Origin: Macrostomum lignano
Taxonomy: Eukaryota
Assembly: GCA_002269645.1 (NCBI GenBank)
Contig: NIVC01000702.1
Span: 372,001-436,000 of the forward strand
Reading direction: 5' to 3'
Length of the DNA stretch: 64,000 nucleotides
Shown here in pieces: positions 46,676 through 59,345 of this stretch (position 1 is the stretch's first letter; each line of letters opens with the position of its first letter). The notes under the pieces are model-generated. The model saw only the letters and a list, made by a program, of their open reading frames with translations, did no database searches and was not told where the DNA came from. The position numbers and the translations under genes were made by a program.

Positions 46676-48089
46676 AATGCATCATGATGTATTCTTTATT
46701 AAGTTTTAATATCCTTTATCAGGTCTTAACTTTCAAGTAAATGAAACTTGCTTCAGTAATTTTACCCGATTTAATTCCCCTTCTCTCCTCTCCTTCTTGC
46801 ATAGTTAGTTGAACTAGCTAAAAAGGCATACACTGTACATAGAGATAGACGCACCAGTCCAATGCTTTAGCAAACAATAAAATTCATAGTTGAAAATTAA
46901 GGAACAAAGACTCCGCGGCCTTATACTTATACATTTATTGTTTGCTTGGCAATCTTGTCTCAAATATTTGGCAGTTGAGTCGGTAGTCTCCATACTATAG
47001 TTATAGTAGAGTCAGTCAACATTAGTAAGCATCCATTTTTTGACCGCTGAAGTGTGTCTTTCTTTCGAGTCTTTGTCTCGAATTCCGTGCATAATTTGTC
47101 TTTTTCATTTTTATGGCGCCGTTGCTCTGGACTGAAATAGCACCAAATCATTTGTCAGAAGTCTGGACTACAGAGTAATACCATCTCCCCTCCCCTTTAA
47201 CCATCCAGTATTTTTAGACAAGAACTTAAATGAACCTCATGGCCAAGAACAAGAGGCAGACCAAGAGGCAGGCAGAAGTTGGGCGGCGCTAGAGGTGGGT
47301 GGTTGGTTTATTGCCAAGCTCTTGAGCTCTTGAGCACACAAGCAACATATCCACTCGTAAGCCACATCCAAGAGCCAGACAAAGCTCCTACATTAATACT
47401 ATATATAGTTATGTTTTTTACTGACAGGGTGTGAGAATTTCATCTCAGTCTCAATCTCAAATGTCGGGTAGACCTCTCATGGCAACAGAGAACAAAGAAA
47501 CAGTCAAAACTTCTTCTACCTTCTAGCGTGGGTCAAAGAAGCCATGCAAGTTTGCTTACAATATATGCTCGTATAAATCTTGCGCTTGGACCAGAAAAAA
47601 ACAACTGTTAGCGTGACTACGTAGTGATGGTAAATTCAATATTAGCTTGAATTTAAGATGCTCAGTCGCTGATAAATTATTACATAAATTTCCCGCTTTT
47701 TACACATCCTGGAACATTTAATATGCAAAATTCAAGGCAGTTTAATTTGAGTCTCTGGGGACTGTTTGCGTCTCGTGGTGACAACACAGCACTAGCGCCA
47801 ATCTCAGTTCCAACACTTTTATACACTTCTTACAATAAAGACTTGGATTTCGATTTAATATAATGCATATCTGACAGGGAAACACCTAAACCTAGTCATA
47901 CTGCACACACAATCACGAACTGGGGTGGGGGGGGGGCAGGCTCTGGCACGTTTGACGCGACAGAGCATCTCAAGTATTGAGGCGTGATGCATGAACTCAC
48001 CACAGATTTTCTTAATTAAATAATAAATGTAGAGCATATGTAGAAAAACCTACAGTGGACTCATATAGGAAGTACAAGTCTAAAGGGGG

Positions 48090-50010
48090 AGATTAGATGC
48101 GACTTCTCAATGAGATTAGACACAACTTGAAATGAGATTAGACACGACTCTAAATGAGATTAGACACGACTCTAAATGGGATTAGACACGACTCTAAATG
48201 AGATTAGACACGACTCTAAATGAGATTAGACACGATTCTAAATGAGGAGATTAGACACGACTCTAAATGAGGAGATTAGACACGACTCTAAATGAGATTA
48301 GACACGACTCTAAATGAGATTAGACACGACTCTAAATGAGATTAGACACGACTCTAAATGAGATTAGACACGACTCTAAATGAGATTAGACACGACTCTA
48401 AATGAGATTAGACACGACTCTAAATGAGATTAGACACGACTCTAAATGAGATTAGACACGACTCTCAATGAGGAGATCAGACACGACTCTAAATGAGATT
48501 AGACACGACTCTAAATGGGATTAGACACGACTCTAAATGAGATTAGACACGATTCTAAATGAGGAGATTAGACACGACTCTAAATGAGATTAGACACGAC
48601 TCTAAATGAGATTAGACACGACTCTAAATGAGGAGATTAGACACAACTCTAAATGAGGAGATAAGACACGACTCTAAATGAGATTAGACGATTCTAAATG
48701 ATGAGATTAGACACGACTCTAAATGAGGAGATTAGACACGACTCTCAATGAGGAGATCAGACACGACTCTAAATGAGATTAGACACGACTCTAAATGAGA
48801 TTAGACACGACTCTAAATGGGATTAGACACGACTCTAAATGAGATTAGACACGACTCTAAATGAGATTAGACACGACTCTAAATGAGATTAGACACGATT
48901 CTAAATGAGGAGATTAGACACGACTCTAAATGAGGAGATTAGACACGACTCTAAATGAGGAGATTAGACACGACTCTCAATGAGGAGATCAGACACGACT
49001 CTAAATGAGATTAGACACGACTCTAAATGAGATTAGACACGACTCTAAATGGGATTAGACACGACTCTAAATGAGATTAGACACGACTCTAAATGAGATT
49101 AGACACGACTCTAAATGAGATTAGACACGATTCTAAATGAGGAGATTAGACACGACTCTAAATGAGGAGATTAGACACGACTCTAAATGAGATTAGACAC
49201 GACTCTAAATGAGATTAGACACGATTCTAAATGAGGAGATTAGACACGACTCTAAATGAGGAGATTAGACACGACTCTAAATGAGATTAGACACGACTCT
49301 CAATGAGGAGATCAGACACGACTCTAAATGAGATTAGACACGACTCTAAATGAGATTAGACACGACTCTAAATGGGATTAGACACGACTCTAAATGAGAT
49401 TAGACACGACTCTAAATGAGATTAGACACGACTCTAAATGAGATTAGACACGATTCTAAATGAGGAGATTAGACACGACTCTAAATGAGGAGATTAGACA
49501 CGACTCTAAATGAGATTAGACACGACTCTAAATGAGATTAGACACGACTCTAAATGAGGAGATTAGACACAACTCTAAATGAGGAGATCAGACACGACTC
49601 TAAATGAGATTAGACACGACTCTAAATGAGGAGATTAGACACGATTCTAAATGAGGAGATTAGACACGACTCTCAATGAGGAGATCAGAAACGACTCTAA
49701 ATAAGGAGATTAGACACTATTCTAAATGAGATTAGACACGACTCTAAATGAGATTAGACACGACTCTAAATGAGATTAGACACGATTCTAAATAAGGAGA
49801 TTAGACACTATTCTAAATGAGATTAGACACGACTCTAAATGAGATTAGACACGACTCTAAATAAGGAGATTAGACACTATTCTAAATGAGATTAGACACG
49901 ACTCTAAATGAGATTAGACACGACTCTAAATGAGATTAGACACGACTCTAAATGAGGAGATCATACACGAATCTAAATGAGATTAGACACGACTCTAAAT
50001 GAGGAGATTA
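48090..50010. repeat. 22/25-bp minisatellite (GAGATTAGACACGACTCTAAAT)n
   Basis: About 1.9 kb of tandem units; a 25-bp variant carries an extra GAG. Confidence 0.96.
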
Positions 50011-50724
50011 GAGGGGGATCAGGCACGGGTGTATAAGGGACCTTAGGGTACATTCCGACTCTTTATAAGTACATCTAAGTTGAACTTTATAGCAACCAGA
50101 ACCATTATTCTTGTAGTTATTGTCCTTTAAGATCGCTAATAATCCCATATACTAAAAATGAGTTGTCTGTATCTATCTATCTAGCTATGCGATAGATTTT
50201 AGAAAAAACGGCTCAACCGATTTTCTTCAAACTTGCACCATTTAATCAAAAATTTTCCTGGGACGGTACATGCATCTTGGCTAAGAAATTGCTCAATATT
50301 AAAGGGATTAAATATTCGAAAAACATGCTTTTTTGCAAAGGTCAAGCAGCTCTTTCGACCTGAAATGCATTGTAAGAATGCTAGAGAAAAAACTGACTGA
50401 CTGAATTCCACTTGTGATAAGGATTACATCACAACCAGTGCCGAAGAAATGCACACAAGACTTGATTAAAATTGCGTAACCATATTGCTAACTTAAATTG
50501 AGACTGATACTGGCTGACTGAGAAATTGATTATGTCATAACTTTTTACTCTTACCGATTTGCTATAAGAATTTAATTATAAGTGCCACAATTCATGTTCT
50601 CCAATTGATAAGAGATAGCATAGATGCGAACAGACTGGACTGCTGATGCAGCGACCTGGGTTCAAAAAGATTTTTTTATTTAAAAACCTTAAAAACACAA
50701 AATGCTAAACACAAAAAATGCACA

Positions 50725-51790
50725 ATGTCAAACATTAAAGAGCCACCATGTCGAACATTAAAGAGCCACCATGTCGAACATTAAAGAGCCACCATGTCGA
50801 ACATTAAAGAGCCACCATGAAAAACATTAAAGAGCCACCATGAAAAACATTAAAGAGCCACCATGTCAAATATTAAAGAGCCACTATTTCAAACATTAAA
50901 GAGCCACCATGAAGAACATTAAAGAGCCACAATGTCGAACATTGAAAAGCCACCCCGTCAAACATAAAAGAGCCACCATGTCAAGCATAAAAGAGCCACC
51001 ATGTCGAACATAAAAGAGCCACCATGTCACATATGAAAAAGCCACCATGTCGAACATTAAAGAGCCACCATGTCAAACATTTATGAGCCACAATGTCAAA
51101 CATTAAAGAGCCACCATGTCAAATATTAAAGAGCCACCATTTCAAACATTAAAGAGCCATCATTACAGACATTAAGGTGCCCCAGGTCAAACATAAAAGG
51201 ACCAACATGTCAAACATTAAAGAGCCACCATGTCAAGCATAAAAGGACCACCATGTCGAACATTAAAGAGCCACCATGTCAAAAATTAAACAGTTACCGT
51301 GTTTAACATTAAAGAGCCACCATGTCGAACATTAAAGAGGCACCATGTCGAAAATTAAAGAGCCACCATGTCAAACATTATAGAGCCACCATGTCAAACA
51401 TTTAAGAGCCACCATGTCAAACATAAAAGAGCCATCATGTCAAACATTAAAGAGCCACCATGTCAAACATAAAAGAGCCAACATGTCAAACATTAAAGAG
51501 CCACAATGTGAAACATTAAAGAGTCACCATGTCAAGTATATTCGTGACTCCATGTCAAACATCAGAGAGCCATCATGCCAAACATTAAAGAGCCACCATG
51601 TTGAAAATAAAAAGCCACCATTTAGAACATTAAAGAGCCACCATGTAGAACATAAAAGAGCCACCATGTCAAACATTAAAGAGCCACCATGTCAAACATT
51701 AAAGAGCCACCATGTAGAACATAAAAGAGCCACCATGTCAAACATAAAAGAGCCACGATGTCAAACATAAAAGAGCCACGATGTCAAACT
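50725..51790. repeat. 22-23-bp satellite (ATGTCAAACATTAAAGAGCCACC)n inside Helitron copy 1
   Basis: Tandem units. Confidence 0.93.
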
Positions 51791-51889
51791 TAAAAGATAC
51801 ACAATTTCAAACGTAAAAGTAAGCGTCATGCCAATTTTAAAGGAGTCACTATAGAGCTAAGGAAATTGTTGCACTAGCTACTTATTGTC

Positions 51890-52095
51890 TGGTGGATGCT
51901 TACTATTTGGGGATGCTTGCTATCTGGGGGGATGCTTGCTATCCGGGAGGGGGATGCTTCCTATCTGGTGGATGCTAGCTATCTGGGGGACGCTTGCTAT
52001 TTGGGGGATGCTTGCTATCTGGGGGATGCTTGCTATCTGGGGGATACTTGCTATCTGGGGGATGCTTGCAATCTGGGGGATGCTTGCTGTCTTGG
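51890..52095. repeat. 18-bp satellite (GGGGGATGCTTGCTATCT)n inside Helitron copy 1
   Basis: Tandem units. Confidence 0.88.
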
Positions 52096-52834
52096 GATGA
52101 TTTCTTTTTGCATTACACTTTATTTGAGCAGTTTGTCTGCTGTCTTTGTGAAGGCTTTATTTGGCTGTCTTTTTGTTACTTGTGGAGAACAGAGATTCTA
52201 TCCAGATGTCCCCCAACGGGGGGCGAAGATTGCTAGTCCTATATACTAAAAATGAGTTGTCTGTCGGTATGCGATAGATTTCAGAAAAATTGGCTCAACC
52301 GATTTTCTTCAAACTTGCACCATTTGATCAGAAATTTTCCTGGCACGGTACATGCATCCTGGCTAAGAAATTGCTCAATGTTAAAGGGATTAAATATTCG
52401 ATAAACATGCTTTTTTGCAAAGGTCAAGCCAAATTTTCGACTTGAAATGCATTGTAAGAATGCTAGAGAAAAAACTGACTGACTGAATTCCGATTGTGCT
52501 AAAGATTGCATCACAACAAGTTGAAAACAGTGCCGAAGAAATGCACACACGACTTGATTGAAATTGCGTAACCATATTGCTAACTTAAATTGAGACTGAT
52601 ACTGGCTGACTGAGAAATTGATTATGTCATAACTTTTTACTCCAATTGACTTGCTGTAAGAATTGAATTATAAGGGCCACAATTCATGTTCTCCAATTGA
52701 AAAGAGATAGCCCTGATGCGAACAGACTGGAATGCTAATGTAGCGACCTGGGTTCGAATCTCAGTAGTGCAAAAAGATTTTTTTTATTAAAACACCTTAA
52801 AAACACAACAAAACTGCTAAACATCAAAGAAGCG

Positions 52835-55560
52835 CAATGTCAAACATAGAAGAGCCAACATATCGAACATAAAAGAGTTACCATGTCAAACATAAAAGAG
52901 CTACCATGTCGAACATTAAAGAGCTACCATGTCGAACATTAAAGAGCCACCATGTCAAACATAAAAGAGCCACCATGTCAAACATAAAACAGCCACCATT
53001 TCGAACATTAAAGAGCCACCATTTCAAACATTAAAGAGCCACCATTTTGAACATTAAAGAGCCACTATGTCAAACAATTAAGAGCCACCATGTCAAACAT
53101 AAAAGAGCCACTTTGTCGAACATTAAAGAGCCACCATGTCAAACATAAAAGAGCCAACATGTCAGACATTAAAAAGCCTCCGTATCAAACATAAAAGAGT
53201 TACCATGTAGAACAAAAAAGATCCACCATGTCGAACATAAAAGAGCCACTATGTCAAACATAAAGAGCCACCATGTCAAACATTTGGAGCCACCATGTCA
53301 AACATATATGTGACTTTATGTCAAATATTAAAGAGCCACCATGTGAAACATTAAAGAGCCACCATGTCAAACATTTAAGAGCCACCATGTCGAACATAAA
53401 AGAGCCACAATGTCAAACATTAAAGAGCCACCATTTCAAACCTAAAGGAGCCACCATGTCGAACATTAAAGAGCCACCATGTCGAACATAAAAGAGCCAC
53501 CATATCAAACATAAAAGAGTTACCATGTCAAACATTAAAGAGCCACCATGTCAAACATAAAAGAGACAACATGTCAGACATTAAAAAGCCACCGTATCAA
53601 ACATAAAAGAGTTACCATGTAGAACATTAAAGAGCCACCATTTCAAACCTAAAAGAGCCACCATGTCAAACATTAAAGAGCCACCATGTCGAACATTCAA
53701 AAGCCACCATGTCAAACATTAAAGAGCCACCATGTTGAACATAAAAGAGCCACCATATCAAACATAAAAGAGTTACCATGTCAAACATTAAAGAGCCACC
53801 ATATCGAACATTAAAGAGCAGCCATGTCAAACATTAAAGAGCCACATTGTCAAGCATTAAACACCCACCATTTCAAATCTAAAAGAGCCACCATGTCAAA
53901 CATTAAAAAGCCACCATGTCAAATATTAAAGAGCCACCATTTCAAACCTAAAAGAGCCACCATGTCAAACATTAAGAAGCCACCATGTCAAACATTAAAG
54001 AGCCACCATTTCAAACCTAAAGGAGCCACCATGTCGAACATACAAGAGCCACCATGTCAAACATTAAAGAGCCACCGTTTCAAACCTAAAAGAGCCACCA
54101 TGTCGAACATTAAAAAGCCACCATGTCAAACATTAAAGAGCCACAATGTCAAACATTAAAGAGCCAAAATTTCAAACCTAAAGGAACCACCATGTCGAAC
54201 ATTAAAGAGCCACCATGTGAAACATAAAAGAGCCACCATGTCGAACATAAAACAGACACCATTAAGAACATTAAAGAGCCACCATGTCGAACATTAAAGA
54301 GCCACCATGTCGAACATTAAAGAGCCACCATGTCAAACATAAAACAGCCACCATTTCGAAAATTAAGGAGCCACCATTTCGAAAATTAAGGAGCCACCAT
54401 GTCGAACATTAAAGAGCCACCTTGTCAAATATTAAAGAGCCACAATGTCAAACATTAAAGAGCCACCATTTCAAACCTAAAGGAGCCACCATGTCGAACA
54501 TTAAAGAGCCACCATGTCGAACATAAAAGAGCCACCATGTCGAACATAAAACAGACACCATTAAGAACATTAAAGAGCCACCATGTCGAACATTAAAGAG
54601 CCACCATGTCGAACATTAAAGAGCCACCATGTCAAACATAAAAGAGCCACCATTTCGAAAATTAAGGAGCCACCATTTCGAAAATTAAAGAGCCACAATG
54701 TTAAACATTTAAGAGCCACCATTTCAAACCTAAAGGAGCCACTATGTCAAACATAAAAGAGCCACCATATCGAACATAAAAGAGTCACCATGTTAAAAAT
54801 TAAAGAGCCACCATGTCGAACATTAAAGAGCCACCATTAAGAACATTAAAGAGCCACCATGTCAAACATTAAAAAGCCACCATGTCGAACATTAAAGAGC
54901 CACCTTATCAAACATTAAAGAGCCACCATGTCGAACATTAAAGTGCCACCATATCAAACATAAAAGAGTTACCATGTTAAAAATTAAAGAGCCACCATGT
55001 CGAACAATAAAGAGCCACCATGTCAAACATAAAACAGACACCATTAAGAACATTAAAGAGCCACCATGTCGAACATTAAAGAGCCACCATGTCGAACATA
55101 AAAGAGCCACCATTTCGAAAATTAAGGAGCCACCATTTCAAACCTAAAAGAGCCACCATGTCGAACATTAAAAAGCCACCATGTCGAACATTAAAGAGCC
55201 ACCATGTCGAACATTAAAAAGCCAACATGTCGAACATTAAAAAGCCAACATGTCAAACATAAAAGAGCCACCATGTCAAACCTAAAAAAGCCACCATGTC
55301 AAACATAGAAGAGCCACTATGTCAAACATAAAAAAGCCACCATGTCAAACATAGAAGAGCCACTATGTCAAACATAAAAGAGCCACCATGTCAAACATAA
55401 AAGAGCCACCATGTCAAACATAAAAGAGCCACCATGTCAAACATAAAAGAGCCACCATGTCAAACATAAAAGAGCCACCATGTCAAACATAGAAGAGCCA
55501 CCATGTCAAACATAGAAGAGCCACTATGTCAAACATAAAAGAGCCACCATATCAAACATT
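52835..55560. repeat. 22-23-bp satellite inside Helitron copy 2, about 2.7 kb
   Basis: Same unit as 50725-51790. Confidence 0.94.
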
Positions 55561-55654
55561 CAAGATATACAATTTCAAATGTAAAGGTATAAAGCGCCAT
55601 GCCAATTTAAAGGAGCCACTATAAAGCTAAGGAAATTGTCGCTCTAGCTACTTA

Positions 55655-56165
55655 TTGTCTGGTGGATGGTTGCTATTTGGGGATGCTATCTATCTGGGGA
55701 TGCTTGCTATTTGGAGGATGCTTGCTTTCTGGGGATGCTTGCTATCTGGGCGATGCTTGCAATTTGGGGGATGCTTGCTATCTGAGGGATGCTTGCTATC
55801 TGGTGGATGCTTGCTATCTGAGGGATGCTTGCTATCTGAGTGATGCTTGCTATCTGGGGATGCTTGCTATCTGGTGGATGCTTGCTATCTGAGGGATGCT
55901 TGCTATCTGAGTGATGCTTGCTATCTGGGGGATGCTTGCTATCTGAGGGATGCTTGCTATCTGGGGAATGTTTGCTATCTGGGGAATGCTTGCTATCTGG
56001 GGAATGCTTGCTATCTGGGGGATGTTTGCTATCTGGGGGATGCTTGCTATCTGGGGGATGCTTGCTATCTGGGGGATGCTTGCTATCTGGGGGATGCTTG
56101 CTATTTGAGGGATGCTTGCTATCTGGGGAATGCTTGCTATCTGGGGGATGCTTGTGATCTTGGGA
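55655..56165. repeat. 18-bp satellite inside Helitron copy 2
   Basis: Same unit as 51890-52095. Confidence 0.9.
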
Positions 56166-56624
56166 AGATTTCTTATTGCAATTCACTTCATTTGAGCAGT
56201 TTGTCTGTTGTCTTTGTGAAGGATTTTTTGGCTGTCTTTTTGTTACTTGTAGAGAACAGAGATTCTATCCAGATGTCCCCCATCGGGGGGCGAAGATTGC
56301 TAGTTAGGTTCTATAAATCAGATTGTAAACTGATAAAAAAGCATCAACAGACATCTCCAATCTCCAATGGCCATTAATTCTCAAAAGTGTAGGTAATAAG
56401 AAATGACCTTATATATAAAAAACTCTCACTAGTGGAAAAATAATAGGTTGTTCTGCACCGATGCCTCAGTGACAAGTGCAATTTGTTTCAATAGGAATGC
56501 TTCTATTGTTAATTAGCTCGATGGACAGATAAATCCTCTTTCAAATCCCTCGAGGTGCAACTCAAATCACTTTGCTGTCAGATTTATATCAGATATAATG
56601 TATCTCAGTATCACTGCTCTAATC

Positions 56625-57200
56625 TCCATCTTCTTCCTTATCTCACCCAGTCCCTCTCACCCTCTCCCTCATCTCACCATCTCCCTTATTTCGCCCACTC
56701 ATCTCCGTCTCTCTTATCTCACCCACTCCCTCTCACCGTCTTTCTCATCTCACCGTCTCTCTTATTTCACCCACTCCCTCTCACCGTCTTTCTCATCTCA
56801 CCGTCTCTCTTATCTCACCCAGTCCCTCTCACCCTCTCCCTCATCTCACCATCTCCCTTATTTCGCCCACTCATCTCCGTCTCTCTTATCTCACCCACTC
56901 CCTCTCACCGTCTTTCTCATCTCACCGTCTCTCTTATCTCACCCACTCCCTCTCACCGTCTTTCTCATCTCACCGTCTCTCTTATCTCACCCACTCCCTC
57001 TCACCGTCTTTCTCATCTCACCGTCTCTCTTATTTCACCCACTCCCTCTCACCGTCTTTCTCATCTCACCGTCTCCCTTATTTCACCCACTCCCTCTCAC
57101 CGTCTTTCTCATCTCACCCTTTCCCTTTTTCACCCACTCCCTCTCACTGTCTCTCTCTCATCTCGCCCACTCCCTCATCTCATTCTCTCATCTCACCCTC
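56625..57200. repeat. 48-bp CT-rich minisatellite
   Basis: Measured period of 48 (56941 vs 56989). Confidence 0.88.
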
Positions 57201-57830
57201 TTCCTTACACTACCTCCCCCTCTCCCACTTCTCTCTCCTCAACCACCATATTCTTACCCTATTCTGACACAGACACTCTTCTCCCGCTTCTCTTAGACTC
57301 CCTCCTTACTTCTCACTCTCAATTATAAATGTTCTATTTTGTTCTATAAACAATAAATAAAACACTGTTAATTCATTCAGCTATGGCGCTTGCTTCAAGA
57401 CAAATGCGGATGCATCTATGAAGTTATTATTATTATTTTCACACCACTCCTTGCTTGCCCAGTCAAGGTCACGAACACTGAGATGTTAGCTTAACACATT
57501 AGGCGCTTTCATAAATAAATTGTTTTAACTTGAAATAACCTATATGCCATTTTCTTCTACAGAGGAATAATTTACACAATTTTTTTCCTGAGATAACTTG
57601 CATGCATTTTCGTGATACCCGCAGTCCTTAAACTTTGTACCAATGCATATAGCTCGTACCAGCATGCAGCATTCGCCAAGGTGACTGTGACTGACTGCAG
57701 ACAAGTGACGCACTTATTGCAGAAACATATTTTGCCCTGCCTAGTGCATACCATCTATATAGTTCCAGGCTAAAGTTTCAAAAAATTCCAGGTAATATAT
57801 ATTAGGGAGAGCGCTTGTGGTGTCACTCAC

Positions 57831-57990
57831 CCTTTGCCCGCAGTAGCAGGGGAACAAGACAAGTCACATACAGTAAGCAATTGTACAGGGCCAAGATCAA
57901 TGGTCGGCAACTCGAAGTAGAGCTCTCTTCTCTGATCTCTTCTCTCATCTTCGTGAAACAGCGGTAAAAAACGTTTGTCAACCTTCCGGT
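57831..57990 (-). other. Candidate exon with a short ORF (57948-57831: MREEIREESSTSSCRPLILALYNCLLYVTCLVPLLLRAK-G, phase-1 donor)
   Basis: TAG acceptor at 57991-57993, G|GTGAGT donor and a hydrophobic stretch. No recognised homology. Confidence 0.25.
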
Positions 57991-58654
57991 CTAGACTAAT
58001 TAGATGACGAGGTAGCTTAGCTTGAAACTACAACTATATTTACTCCCGCCCTTTACCTCAAAAAAGCTAAATTTTGATGTCTGATCTGTTTTGAAAAATT
58101 TCTAAACAAAAAAACTGGTTCCGCTCCCCCAGCACCAGCGCTTTCATTTGCGACTTCTCTCGCATCATCGCTTGCTAAAAAATATAAATAACTAAATCTC
58201 CCCACTCATCGAGGCGGGATCCCTCCTTTACAACTGGGATTGTTCTAACAGACTGGATTCTACTGATTCAATCTAGCTCAAATGCAGACTCAATTCAAGC
58301 ATTTGGGAAAATACAGTACCTGCTGGAAACAAAGCATGATTTTGAAGCCATTGTAGCATTAAAAATTGAATGATTAACTCTAAATATAGTATTTATAATC
58401 AATATACAACCTCTAGAATCTGATTCAGATTTCTTGCAGTGCCTGACTGCTCACTCACCTCACATTCCTGGTATCCGGAATCGTAATGCTTCATTCGTCA
58501 TCCTGTGGCAACCGTTAACAGCCTCATTTTATTAACTTACTCTAAATCTCAGTTAGATTGTATGCATTGAATACCTTCGTATCTGTATCTCTATGTACGA
58601 GCGAGCTACCTATTTTTTAATCCTCACCTCACCAACCATCCCCTCCCCATTCTT

Positions 58655-59345
58655 ACATGTATCTCACCCTCCCCGATCCTTATCTCACCCTCGTCCCTCT
58701 CCCATCCTTCTCTACCTCCCCATCCATATCTCACCCTCTAACATCCTTATCTCACCCTCCCCCATCCTTATCTCACCCTCGTCCCTCTCCCATCCTTCTC
58801 TACCTCCCCATCCATATCTCACCCTCTAACATACTTATCTCACCCTCCCCCATCCTTATCTCACCCTCCCCCATCCTTATCTCACCCTCCCCCATCCTTA
58901 TCTCACCCTCCCCCATCCTTATCTCACCCCCACTCACACTCTCCCCATCCTTATCTCACCCCCACTCACACTCTCCCCATCCTTATCTCACCCCCACTCA
59001 CACTCTCCCCATCCTTATCTCTCCCCCACTCACACTCTCCCCATCCTTATCTCTCCCCCACTCACTCTCCCCATCCTTATCTCTCCCCAACTCACACTCT
59101 CCCCATCCTTATCTCACCCCCACTCACACTCTCCCCATCCTTATCTCACCCCCACTCACACTCTCCCCATCCTTATCTCTCCCTCCCCATCCTTGTCACC
59201 GTCCCTCTCCCTAGCCTAATCTCACCTTTACCCATCCTAATCTCACCTTTACCCATCCTAATCTCACCCTCCCCATCCTTATCTCACCCTAGGCCTACCT
59301 ATCATTAACTCACCCCACTCACCCTCTCCCCATCCTTATCTCACC
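58655..59345. repeat. CT-rich minisatellite (CCCCATCCTTATCTCACCCT-type units)
   Basis: Tandem pyrimidine-rich units of varying length. Confidence 0.88.

Larger units (their letters stand above)
50143..52236 (+). mobile_element. Non-autonomous Helitron, copy 1
   Basis: 5' A|TCCCATATACTAAAAATGAGTTGTCTGT with a subterminal microsatellite and an AACCGATTTTCTTCAAACTT block. The 3' hairpin GTCCCCC-AAC-GGGGGGC ends 9 nt before the terminal CTAG (52233-52236). No TSD. Confidence 0.8.
52237..56303 (+). mobile_element. Non-autonomous Helitron, copy 2, head-to-tail with copy 1
   Basis: Starts TCCTATATACTAAAAATGAG immediately after the CTAG of copy 1. It has the same internal order, a 3' hairpin GTCCCCC-ATC-GGGGGGC, and a terminal CTAG (56300-56303) followed by T. 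Confidence 0.8.

Noticed and set aside
50725-55560. Perfect Kozak GCCACCATG in every 23-bp satellite unit, and short ORFs MSNIKEPP...
   Set aside because: The vertebrate-type Kozak match is probably coincidental, and frames terminate frequently because of 22/23-bp unit variation.
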